The notes under the pieces were generated by a model. The model made no database searches and had not been told where the DNA came from. It saw only the letters and a list, made by a program, of their open reading frames with translations. The translations under genes and the position numbers were made by a program. A DNA stretch of 64,000 nucleotides. It comes from Octopus vulgaris. Its lineage: Eukaryota. Shown one piece after another: positions 52,150 to 64,000 of this stretch (positions are counted from its first letter, which is position 1; every line of letters begins with the position of its first letter). Where the stretch lies: positions 198,028,001 through 198,092,000 of the forward strand of contig OX597814.1 of assembly GCA_951406725.2 (NCBI GenBank). The letters are read 5' to 3'.

Positions 52150-52862
52150 AAGCCTGGTATTTAATCTATCAGTCTCTTTTGCCAAGCCATTAAGTTACAG
52201 GGATGTAAACACACCAACACCAGTTGTCAAACAAGGAGTGGAGGGGAGATGCAAACACACACAAGCACGTGCAGGAGTGCATGCACGACAGGTTTCTTTT
52301 CAGTTTCCATCTACCAAATCCACTCACATGACTTTGGTCAACCTGAAGCTATAGTAGAAGACACTTGCCCAAGGTTCCACACAGTGGAACTGAACCTGGA
52401 ACCATGTGGTTGGGAAGCAAACTTCTTACCGCACAGCCATGCCCACACCTCTTTTACTCGTTTCAGTCATTTGACTGTGGCCATGGTGGAGCACCGCCTT
52501 TAGTCGACCAAATCGACCCCCAGGACTTATTCTTTGTAAGCCTAGTAATTATTCTATCAGTCTCTTTTGCCGAACTGCTAAGTTATGGGAACGTAAACAC
52601 ACCAGCATCGGTCGTCAAGCAATGTTGGGGGGGGGAGAAACAAACACAGACACACAAACATATACTCACACATACATATATATGTATGTATATATACATA
52701 CAACGGGCTTCTTTCAGTTTCCGTCTACCAAATCCACTCACAAGGCTTTGTTCAGCCCGAGGCTATAGTAGAAGACACTTGCCCAAGGTGCCATGCAGTG
52801 GGACTGAACCCGGAACCATGTGGTTCGTTAGCAAGCTACTTACCACACAGCCACTCCTACAC
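52150..52862 (-). mobile_element. Two tandem CORE-type SINEs (52150-52445 older, 52450-52862 younger)
   Basis: Both match the family consensus seen at 46941. Confidence 0.85.
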
Positions 52863-53577
52863 CTAAAGACAAAAAAAAAACTATAATTTACTCCAACAAC
52901 TGTTTTTCTCGTTAGCATCACCTAATAAGATTCAGCCGTTTCCCTCTCTAATTAGCAGTTCTTGTATTGCATATACTTAATTAAACAAAACCTTATTCCC
53001 TAAGGCTACATTCCTGACATGAAAATTACAAATATGCAAAAAAGACTTTCTCTTCATCCAGTTTATAGAGAGAAGAAATACGTATGCTTCTAATTCCTCG
53101 GAATTTTTTTCATGCTTAACAGCTACAGAAATAGTGCTTAGGTTACCTAGGGAACAGAATTAATCACATTAGTCTATATCAGTGGTTCCCAAACTGTGGT
53201 CTGCAAAGGTAGTACTGGGAGTCCTTGAACTAAATTCAAAATTTCATATATATATATATATATCACCGTGACCGACCAGGCTATCAGACGTTGCTACACA
53301 TCGCTGGTCACAATGCGCTTCGCATTGTTTTAGCCGTCAGATGACGCCACCACGCTGGCTAAGCGAGCAGGCCAACAGAAGAAAGAGTAAGAGAGAGTTG
53401 TGGTGAAAGAGTACAGCAGGGATCGCCACCACCCCTGCTGGAGCTTCGTGGAGCTTTTAGGTGTTTTCACTCAATAAACACTCACAACGCCCAGTCTGGG
53501 ATTCAAAACTGCGATTCTACAACCGCAAGTCCACTGCCCTAACCACTGGGCCATTGTGCCTCCACATATATATATAA

Positions 53578-53969
53578 TCTCTATATATATAAAGCAGAAG
53601 TTGTCTGTGTATGGCAGGTTTGGTAGCCTTCAACTAATACTATCTCCTCCAAGACCCTGCAGCGCAAGTTGATCAAAATTGAGAGTATGATAGAAGAAGG
53701 CTTGCTCTTCCTTCCGTAGAAGAAAAAATTCAAATCGGACCATGTTAACACCAAAAATTATTTACATCAAAATGGTGCTTTTTTTCTATGAAAATCCCTA
53801 TTTTTTACGATATTTTGACTGCCGTGTCGCCATTTTACGGTGTATTTCAACCAGAAAAATGTTCACTTAAAGAGAATAACAAGCTATGTAATGCAAAATT
53901 TTTACTTTTCAAAAATTCCAATTCTAAAGGGTCAAAACAAACCCGAGCAACGCCAGGCAATACTGCTAG
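53578..53969 (+). mobile_element. Non-autonomous Helitron
   Basis: 5' TCTCTATATATATAAAG, 3' GC-rich hairpin-like cccgagcaacgccaggc followed by CTAG, inserted between A and T. A related 5' end occurs at ~49071. Confidence 0.8.
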
Positions 53970-54080
53970 TAAAAGGATAAAATTAATCAATTAAATTAAT
54001 TAATTAATCAATCAATTAATTAATAATTTTACCAAGTAGATCGGTACATTAAAATAACCTTTATAGGTAAAAATTATACA

Positions 54081-54542
54081 AATATTTTATAATTATAAAC
54101 ATAATTATAACTAGGGTTCAGCTAATTGCTTCACCACATACCGAATTTAGAAATAGCATACACGTGGGTATAGAGAATGAATAGTGTATTCACATTCGGC
54201 TATGTAAATTTTGGAAGTGTTGGTTGGATATCTGTTGCACGATGTCGCTCGATCGTGTGCGTATTTAACCCTAGCACTTTCAAATTTTATAATTGGAAAT
54301 ACTACACTGAAGAGAGAAGTAAGTAAATTTTTAAACACTTTAATCTCGAAACGCGTATGTAGTTAATCCTGGTCGTGTTCATTCATTGTTTTTCTCTTTG
54401 CCTACATAAAAAAGTATGTTACAGTCATGGAGATTCTTACAGTAGTAGAAAAGGAATTTCTAACTCCTATTTCTAAATTCGGTATGTGGTGAAGCAATTA
54501 GCTGAACCCTAATTATAATTATGTTTATAATTATAAAATATT
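54081..54542. mobile_element. Fold-back MITE with 76-bp terminal inverted repeats
   Basis: 54081-54156 is the reverse complement of 54467-54542 with one mismatch. Confidence 0.88.
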
Positions 54543-54716
54543 TATATATACATCATCATCATCATCATCATCATTTAACATCCGCTTTCCATGCTAACAT
54601 GGGTTGGACGATTTGACTGAGGACTGGCGAACCAGATGGCTCAAATCTGATCTGGCAGAGTTTCTACAGCTGGATGCCCTTCCCAACGCCAACCACACAC
54701 ACACATACATATATAT

Positions 54717-54747
<31 letters not shown>

Positions 54748-57700
54748 CACACGCACAGACACACACATATATATATATAAGGATAAGCATATTAAAAGTG
54801 GTCCATAGGAATACTCATTTAGCTAAAAGGGTTGGGAGCTACTGGTCTGTATCTTTTGGCCAAAGACTTAAACCATTGTTTCGAATGCAGTGCTTCTCAA
54901 CTGAGGTCCATATGACTCTTGAGGATCCATGTAAGATTTTTAGGGGTCCACATAAACAAAGTAGTAAATTGGATCCATAGTATTATTTTGAATGCTAGAA
55001 GAGAGTTGTGTTCCACCCACTCTACCCTAAGAAACCGAACAACTCCTCCTCTTCTAAACTGCATCTTCCTCTTCTTCACATTTCCTCTTCATAAACCATG
55101 ATTGTCTTTCAATCCCCTTTCTTGCCCTCATTGCCCTGCTCAATATATCACTGCTCCCTCCCACCCCAACACTCACACCTTAATTTTCTACCCAGGTTCG
55201 ATGCTCAGATCCTTATTACCTGTGAGCATACCTTAGCACATCATCTCTCTTCTGCTCTCTCTTACATTTTTGTTGTTTCCTACTTTCTCTTTCTCTCCTA
55301 CTTGTTTTTCCTCTGACTAGGTAACCAAGTATCTTCTTTACATCAGCACACTTCTTTCTGGCTGCTTTCTTGTACTTCCCTCACTAAATAACTATGTACC
55401 TCCTCTATAGCAAGACACCTATTTCTGCCTCCCTATTTCCCTGTTACATTCTAACCTTTCATCATTTGATACTGGCTCACCTCCTCTAGTGCACCTTCTG
55501 TTGTGGCAAGACACCTACTTCTTTCTGTCTGTCTGTCTCTTTGAGACACTCTAGCATCTCATCCTCTGACACAAGTTTCCCTCCTCAAATGCCCCTGCCC
55601 CTCTCATAATTCCTTGTCTTGCATGTTACTTGGTTACCCTGCCAGTGCTGGTGCCATGTTAAAAGCATCTAGTCCACACTGTAACATGGTTGGCATTTGG
55701 AAGGGTATCCAGCTGTAAAAATCACACCAAAACAGACACAGTAGCCTAGAGTAGTTTTTCTATGTGGCTGGCTCCTGTCAGCCATCTTACCCACACATGC
55801 ATGGAAGATGGACATTAAATGATGATGATGATGATGATGATGATGATAATGAAAAAGCTTTGCTATAGATGTATTATTTATTGTAAGAAATAGGTTTCTC
55901 AAACATTTTTACATAGTTCAACCTACACAAGTGAATGTGTGATGAACAAAATAGTTATTTTGAAAGAAGTATCTATAAAACTAGCTTTTATACATCAAAT
56001 GGCTATTGGCCCCACCAGAATAAAATAATCATCAAAGGGGTCCATAGAAAAAAAAAATGGTTCAAAATCACTGTTTTAAAGCATTTAGCAAACTTGAATC
56101 TCTTTCCATTGATAGTTTGCATTCAGTTCTAAAGTACCTACTGAGATTTGTAAAATTATGCAGCTTACATAAAGATCATACTTATCAATCAAACTATGAC
56201 AAATTCTTGCATTCTTTGCTACTTCCAAACAAATATTTAGAAAAATCTACACTCTGAAATGAGACTAACACTATTTTAAATAGTAGAAAGGTTGAATACA
56301 ATTTGAGAGGACAGACACACTAATGCTAATGTCATATAGTTCTGTTACTTACCATAGTCAATGCAGTCTAAGTCATCTGGACAGAATTATTTTATTTTAT
56401 GTGTTGGGGGTAAAAACAGTAGCAGAGAAATAGAGGGGATTAAGATGTGGTCTTTTAGCTGTTAATTAGTTAAAATCCAGTTAAATAACCTTTAGATTAA
56501 AGGTTGAAATCCTGACACAAGTATTTCTCTATAAACTTAGTTGGAAAACAATGTACGACATAATCCATGTTTTTATTTATTTGTTGGTTGTGTTTTGCTC
56601 AAACAGAAAAGATATACACTCTGAGACATGGACAGAGAGAAAGTTTCCATGGATTAATGATTGGACTTAGCGTAAAGTAATAGCATATACAAAAAAAAAA
56701 AAAAACTCTCTATTGTGATTATTGCTCAAGTGAAGGAAATCATTTATTGTTTACTATAGAATTTGAAAAAGAGCATAATCTTTCGTTTTATGAACCAGAA
56801 AATGAAAGTACTAAACTCAGCTGAGAACAGCATTTGGCAACACTCACTCACAATTCAGCAATAAAATGAAATGTGAAAAATCTTTTTCTTTGAAACTGAC
56901 TGCAGGCATCATTCTCATAAACAAAATGCATTAGAGAATGTCATCCTACATTATAATTTAGTTTTACTTCAAGATAAAAACAACATCGTAAATAAGCATT
57001 AGATTTTAGCATCCAGTATATTCATTTTTCCTTCTGGCTTCATTTACAAAATAAATCTTACAGACTTTACATACACACGTTAATCAGATCTTCCAGATTC
57101 TCTTTACTGCTCTTTCACACACTTTCGTTTATGTGTGTTTTCCAAAACAGGCTTTCAATATCAGCAAAAATAATACTTTCACTTTCATTTCTACTATTGA
57201 GATTCCAGCAAATGACAATCTTTGCAGAGTTCAGTAGTTTCTCTTTCTAGTTCATAAAATGAAAGATCTCTGAAAAGAGAGATAGAGCATGGACGGCAAA
57301 TAGCAAGATGTATGGATCGAGTTAGTTTTGATGAGGGAAAGCAAATTCCAATGCAAAACAAACCAAAAAAAAATCCGAATTTGAAAGGATATATGCGAGA
57401 CGTCAACTACAAAACAAAAATGTATCCTTAAGAACAGTAGAAGGAAAATATAAAGAAAATTTTGGAATATGTTAATGCTAAGGCTTAAAAATATCGAGAA
57501 TTTACTGCTAGAGTAGCGGAAATAAATTATAGGATCTAAGGAAGGTGATGAGTTTGAAGAGAAGAAATGGCAGCAGCACAAGAGTGTAAATGCTTATGTG
57601 GTTAACTTCTACCTTTTATTCAATTCAGTCATTAGACTGCGACCATGCTGGAGCATCGCCTTGAATACTGTTTAGTCAAACAAATCGACCCCAGTACTTC

Positions 57701-59041
57701 ATCATCATCATCATTAACGTCCACCTTCCATGCTGGCATGGGTTGGACCGTTTGACAGGAGCTGGCCAGGCAGAAGCCTGCATCAGACTCATGGTGTCTG
57801 TTTTGGCAGGGTTTTTATGCTTGGATGCCCTAATCCTAACACCAACCACCCAGCAGGGTGGGTTTGTCTTTGTTTTTTTTTATTTAAACCTGGTACTTAT
57901 TCTATCAGTCTCTTTTGCCAAACTGCCAAGTTACAGGGACACAAACACAGCAACAGCAGAGGTAGGGGACAAACGCAGACACAAAGACACACACATACAC
58001 ACACTTCTCAAAACCCTGTAAAATCTATATGACAGCAACCAAACTCTCATATATACATATTTAATAATCCTTATTTTAATATCACCTTTTACATGTTTGC
58101 ATGGGTTAGATGAAGTTTTACTGAAGCAGATTTTCTACGGCCAGATGCCAGCCTTGACCTCTCTCCAAAGCACAGTAATATTTACTCATGGCCAGGCAGG
58201 TTTTCGCAGAATACTGGAAATGAATGGCACTCATTTACAACAATTGTGCAATGTCAAGATAAGGAGACACAGACATACACATACACATGCACACGAGAGC
58301 TTCTTTCAGTTTCCATCTACCAAATCAACTCACAAGTCTTTGATCAACCCAGGGCTTATAGTAGAAGACACTAGTTCAAAGTGCCACACAGTGAGAAGAA
58401 TTCAAGACCAAATAGTTGCGACACAAACTTCTTAACCTCTATCTAAATATAAGAACAAAATGAAAATGAAAACGAAATAAAGATTTCTGATAAATAAACT
58501 CATGAAACTACATGAACTAAACCATTTGCAATCATCACTTGGCTCTTAAAACTTCAACAAGAGATCTAAACTTGAATCATCCTCTTTTTTTTACTCTTTT
58601 CTCTTTTACTTGTTTCAGTGCGTGACAGACAAACAGAGATAACATAAGGTTGGGAGGACCCTTAAGTATTGTCAATGGCAACACAACCCTTCTAGAATTG
58701 ATATTATGATAAAAATATAACCACTTCCCACAGCAATGCGGTTGGAGTTAGGAAGAGTAGTGAAGCATGGTATCTGAATGATGCAAGAAGAGCAGTGACT
58801 TGACATAAGAACTGAATCAAACAATGATGTACACTCGCCATAAGAATTTAGAAATTCAAGATACATAAAATAATATATTTTTTAATGGTTGAACATCAAC
58901 TTTTTTCTCTCCAAACGATTTTTAGCCCAATATTATACAATATATTTACACTATATACACTACTAATTATATCTTTACTTTGAGTTCCATATTAAAAACG
59001 AATTATGTGTGTGTGTATATATATATATATATATGTGTGTG

Positions 59042-59345
59042 TGGAGGTGCAATGGCCTAGTGGTTAGGGCAGTGGACTCGCGGTCGTAGGATCGCGCTTT
59101 CGATTCCCAGACCGGGCGTTCTGAGTGTTTATTGAGCGAAAACACCTAAAAGCTCCACGAGGCTCCGGCAGGGGGTGGTGATCCCTGCTGTACTCTTTCA
59201 CCACAACTTTCTCCCACTCTTTCTTCTGTTGGCCTGCTCGCTTAGCCAGCGGGGTGGCATCATTTGAAGGCTAAAACAATGTGAAGCGCATTGTGACCAG
59301 CGATGTGTAACAACATCTGATGGTCTGGTCGGTCACGTGATGGTG
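59042..59345 (+). mobile_element. tRNA(Arg)-like-headed SINE (inverted copy at 53262-53565)
   Basis: Head ggaggtgcaatggcctagtggttagggcagtggactcgcgg...ttcgattccc, inserted in a TA/TG microsatellite. Confidence 0.85.
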
Positions 59346-59407
<62 letters not shown>

Positions 59408-60250
59408 GGGTATTGGTATCTAGAAGACCCAAAGAGTATATTAAAGAGGAACATTAAACTCTGAGTAACAGTTTTTGTGATGTCTTTGCAGCTTTAGTAA
59501 TAAAGCATTTTATTGTATCTCCTATAGTCGAGTACTATTTTTTCCCCCTTGTTTCACATTTATGTGCTTACTCTGGTATATACATACATATATATATATA
59601 TATTATATATATATACACACACATTATGTGTGTGTGTGTGTATCTGTGTGTGTATGTATGTATATATACACACACACACAAACATACACACACACATATA
59701 AACCCACTCACACGAACACGAAACATAAAATTTAAAATAGAATGACTGATGTAACTTAATGAAATTATTCTTCAAATGCACTAAGCACAAAAAAAAAATG
59801 AAGAAAAAAGAAACATCAGCCAATTATTATTATTGCATAGCTATTATTCTGGTGACCTAGTAGTAATGAGAGTTGTGTTTCAGCCAAGTTTATCTGAGTG
59901 CCTCTGTTGTTGATGACATGTACAATTCTCTCAGTATGAAAGAATATACTATAATGATGCACCATCGGAATGGTGAGTGATTCAGTGTGTTGGCAACACT
60001 GGATGATTGATAGAGAGAAGCGCTGAAAGCTGAAGAGAAATAAAGTGTGATCCACTACAAGATAAATAATGTACACATGCAGAATAAACACAGGGGGTTT
60101 AGAAATGAAGTGAGACACAAGGGATCCTGACATTGCTAAGGAATCAAAGACATAGAAACCATGATAAGAAATGCTACAGATGCTAATGCTAACCAAAGAA
60201 TTATCTAACACAAGATCATTTTCTTACCATCTAAAGACATACTCAGCCTG

Positions 60251-60418
60251 TTTAACTCTTTAGATTAAATTAGATTTGATCACTCTATCAAATTTAACTC
60301 TTTAGATTAAATTAGGTTTGATCACTCTATCAAATTTAACTCTTTAGATTAAATTAGATTTGATCACTCTATCAAATTTAACTCTTTAGATTAAATTAGA
60401 TTTGATCATTCTATCAAA
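60251..60418. repeat. Minisatellite, 4 x 42 bp
   Basis: Unit tttaactctttagattaaattagatttgatcactctatcaaa starts at 60251, 60293, 60335 and 60377. Confidence 0.95.
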
Positions 60419-61219
60419 TGTAATGCTTGTTTATTCACAATGTTTTGAATTAAGTCAAGACTAACTCCTCAGACATAGGAAAACACCCCTAAATTGAAGA
60501 TGTTCTCAGCAGGAATAAAACCCAGGCAAACGACCAAATATGGCATACATCAACAACAATGTTAGTTCTATCAAAAAACATAATATTCAAATTTCGACAT
60601 TATCTATTCATGACCTAATTTTAAAATCAAAATGGTCACCAGATGACTGACAAAGCAAACACACCTTTATTTTAGATCAACTTTTCTACCAGACTATCAA
60701 AGATAATATGCTTTAACTTGGAATGCCAACAGACTAGGTGCTGAATCAAAGACATTGATGAAGTTGACCTAGATTTCGTCGTGGGGTTGCTCAGAGCCAT
60801 ATGCAGAAGTTCAAGTGTTTCTGACCCCTTGGGTAGTAGTATTCAAGTGTCCCTGAAAGACGAACAAATGAACTGCATCTAATCACACTAGAACAGCATC
60901 CAGGCAAGTATCAAAGTAATGCACATGCAAAATTTCAGCCTATTACATCAATCATTCTGAGATATCATGACCTAAAGATTGCTGCTCATGGTCAGAAATG
61001 TCATTTTGAGAAAGACGCAAAAAACGGTGGAAATGGTTGATTTTATAGTGCCCAAATGCACAAGGATGATATCCACATTTTAGTGAAATATTTGCAGTTT
61101 TTCACAGTCTAATGATGCCCATAGGCATATCCTTTGCTATTTTTCTGAGACTTTGCTATCTGAGAGCGCGTATGTCTTGTTTTGATTATGGATTACTGTC
61201 CAGGCACATAAGCTTTTTT

Positions 61220-61480
61220 TCAGTCTCTGCTCATCAAACTTGCTTCAGTTCCTCTCTCAGATGATGGCCATAGCTGAGGACTTGCAGTTTCTCCTTGATT
61301 GGAAACTACAATGGCATCATTGACTGATAACTCCTGGTGGAATCGCCCGACAAAAGTTGATTTAGGACACCCTTCCCAAACTAAGTTGTGGAATGATTCA
61401 TTTTTATTTTGTGATCCTCCATGCAGGCACTTATTCAAGAGTTTGTCCTCAGATAAGACTACAAACACAGGCTTCATTTA
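61220..61480 (-). mobile_element. DNA transposase fragment (Mutator-like/Kolobok-type C-terminal motif)
   Basis: LSEDKLLNKCLHGGSQNKNESFHNLVWEGCPKSTFVG matches the CLHGxTQNxNESxxxxxW..PK motif of invertebrate DNA transposases. Superfamily is uncertain. Confidence 0.65.
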
Positions 61481-62040
61481 TGATCCAGCATAAATTTTGG
61501 CAGGGAGTTTTTGCTTGGATCACATCTGTCATTCACCTTTTTCACTGGATTTGGTAGAAAGAAACCTGTAAATATAAGTGTGTGCGCTTGTCCCCACCAC
61601 CACTGCTTGACAATCGATGTTGTTGTGTTCACATCCCCCTAACCTAGGGGTTTGACAAAAAGAGACCAATAGAATAAGTACTACGTTTATAAAGAATAAG
61701 TATATCCTGGGACTGATTTGTTCGACTAAAGTTGGCGTTCCAGCATGGCCGCAGTCAAATGACTGAAACAAGTAAAACAATTAAAAAATAAATAAAAGAA
61801 TAAAAAGTTACTTCATCAAAATCTTATAATTACAAAACAGTACATGATTAATTTAAAATAATGCAAATAAAGAAACATTGCTTTTGACAGAATGATGTGA
61901 ACGCCAAAGGGTTAACCATGCATTGTCTTGTAGCTTTGAGGTTTCGAAGAGGTAGCTGTTAATTGTTAGAATGATAGAGTAGGTGTGAGAGGTGGATCTG
62001 GTCAGTCTGAGCATAAAACAGGAAGACTATTTTGGCCAGT

Positions 62041-62510
62041 TTAACCCTTTCATTACCAACCCGGCTGAAACCGGCTCTGGTTCTGAATACAAATGTCTTG
62101 TTTGCGTAAGTTTTCAATTAAAATCTTCCACCAAACTTGAGTCACAATTTATGTTCCTAACACTAGCTGAATGATAACTAGGTTATTTTACTAAATTCTT
62201 TGTTATATTTAAAATTAATTGAAAGAAACACAGAACATCTCAACAGAAATATGGTAACAAAAGGGTTAACAAATGATTAATTTAACCCTTTCATTACCAA
62301 CCTGGCTGAAACCGGCACTGACTCTGTAGCACAAATGTCTTGTTTTCATAAGTTTTGAATTAGAATCTTCCACCAAACCTTACTCACAATTTATGTTCCT
62401 AACACTAGCTGAATGATAACTAGGTTATTTTACTAAATTCTTTGTTAAATTTAAAGTAATTGAAAGAAACACAGAGTATCTCAAAATAAATACAGTAATG
62501 AAAGGATTAA
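62041..62510. mobile_element. Two tandem piggyBac-type MITE A copies (62041-62269, 62282-62510)
   Basis: Both start ttaaccctttcattaccaacc and end aggg/aggattaa; they are reverse complements of 9528-9756. Confidence 0.85.
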
Positions 62511-63461
62511 ATGATACAGGGTTAAATATGAACACCACAAAACAAGAGTTTTGGAATAGGAACGAGAAGGGATTTCGGGTGGATTAACATCAAAAAGTGT
62601 TGAACCATGTGGAGGTCCATGGAAGTATGTCACATAGTTAATATAAAACAACAAAGATAATATGTTTTATCAGCAAAGCTTCAACTGAAATGGCAATAAC
62701 ATTGAAAGGAGAGATAAATTTAGTCTAAGTGTGAGACTAATTCAATAGTAAACAACGATAGCTGAGAGATTTTTAACTGCTAAGTAAAATTTCATCTGCA
62801 ACTGAAAATACAAGGTTCAAGGTACCGTTTGAAAAGAACTATTGAACTAAAGGCATATAGAAAGTGCATACATATATTAGTCTCATCCTTCATGTCTCTG
62901 AAGATGACCAAGTTATTAGCTTTACACACTGTGGGTCCTGAGGCGGATCATTCAACCAAGTTTGGCACGAAATCCACGGTTACCTTGGGGGCACATAATA
63001 GCAGAGCCAGGACCTGATGGGAGCCTTGTTTTCCATGCAGCCCTCCTCCCTCTGGCACTTCTAGTCATACCAAATTCTGAGTCTTGGACTCCAAGGTACA
63101 CAGCATTATACCACAGTGAGGGATCTTGAGCACATACATATACAGGTGAAAGGCCCCACAGAAACAATTATGATTCAAGCCCAATATCCCAAAGACTATC
63201 ATGTAGCATACCTGTGTATCAAACAATTACAAACAAGATCTATAAAGAAATATACAAATATAGAGTAACCCATTAGCTTTCAAGCCGGCCATATCTGGCC
63301 AAACTATTTTACCTGTTTTATGGTCAAACTGGCCAGATCTGGCCTACTCTACAATGCCATTCTAAAAAACAAATAATCACATCATCAAAACCTCAAAGCT
63401 ACAAGATAATGCGTGATTAATTCAAAACAATGTGATTAAATAAGCATTACATTTGATTACA

Positions 63462-63845
63462 CTGGGCATAACGGCCCAGTGGTTAGGGCAGTGGACTCGC
63501 GGTCATAGGATCGTGGTTTCAATCCCCAGACCGGGCGTTGTGAGTGTTTATTGAGCAAAAACACCTAAAACTCCACGAGGCTCTGGCAGGGGGTGGTAGT
63601 GAACCCTGCTGTACTCTTTCATCACAACTTTCTCTCACTCTATCTTCCAGTTTCTGTTGTACCTGTATTTCAAAGAGTCAGCCTTGTCACACTCTGTGTC
63701 ATGCTGAATCTCCCTCGAGAACTACATTAAGGGTACACGTGTCTGTGGAGTGCTCAGCCACTTAAATTTTAATTTCACAAGCAGGCTGTTCCGTTGATCG
63801 GATCAACTGGAACCCTCATCGTCGTAACCGACGGAGTGCCAACAA
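63462..63845 (+). mobile_element. SINE with the 59042-type head and a Nin/Deu-like 3' half, inserted in MITE B
   Basis: Head matches 59042; 3' half gtctgtggagtgctcagccactt...aatttcac matches 51180-51292 and 6850-7020; flanked by an acatttga duplication. Confidence 0.78.
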
Positions 63846-64000
63846 CATTTGATAGAAAAATTTGAATGCTAAAGGGTTAATGTAAATCTCAATGCATAGG
63901 TTGGAACATCTTTCCAAAATATACTAGTCTCAGGATACAAAGATTTAATCCTTTTCATACCAATCCACTAATGACTGTCTTTGGTACCACAGTAATCCCT

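Larger units (their letters stand above)
53180..54844. mobile_element. hAT/Charlie-type MITE split by nested insertions
   Basis: Termini cagtggttcccaaac / gttgggagctactg; flanks gtctatat / gtctgtat (8-bp TSD, one mismatch). Confidence 0.7.

Noticed and set aside
59042-59115. tRNA-Arg-like sequence as a tRNA gene
   Set aside because: It is the head of a SINE: the cloverleaf is imperfect and it continues into a repeat body present in several copies.
60251-60418. Regular repeats as a possible CRISPR array
   Set aside because: Contiguous units with no unique spacers, no cas genes, eukaryotic context.
50234-64000. Search for the SAP-domain exons of Acinus
   Set aside because: No LRVxDLKxEL-type peptide with splice sites found; presumed beyond the right edge, though a short exon could have been missed.

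Overview
AT-rich eukaryotic genomic DNA full of TA/CA microsatellites, tRNA-derived SINEs, MITEs and decayed transposons. The repeat set looks like that of an octopus (coleoid cephalopod); this is pattern recognition, not a database result. The whole window appears to lie inside one minus-strand gene. Six GT-AG exons (50128-50233, 40562-40996, 31524-31653, 8853-9159, 5485-5597, 4487-4547) join with compatible phases into an open 384-codon frame. It starts with QSEFIKQYLEQQKKLF, closely resembling the post-SAP segment of human Acinus (QNSFIKQYLEKQQELL), and continues through a poly-Asn/Thr tract and an RS domain, so I call it an ACIN1/Acinus ortholog. I did not find its SAP or RRM/RSB exons here. 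The most interesting signals are regulatory: (1) a CpG-rich internal promoter with a first exon ending in AT that would create an in-frame ATG if spliced to the RS exon; (2) a TE-free 3' intron with a series of stop-containing acceptor blocks (poison-exon candidates); (3) an old ~1.5 kb intronic tandem duplication holding a sense-strand double hairpin (H/ACA- or pre-miRNA-like); (4) nested inverted SINE pairs able to form dsRNA. No prokaryotic-type systems or CRISPR arrays are present.
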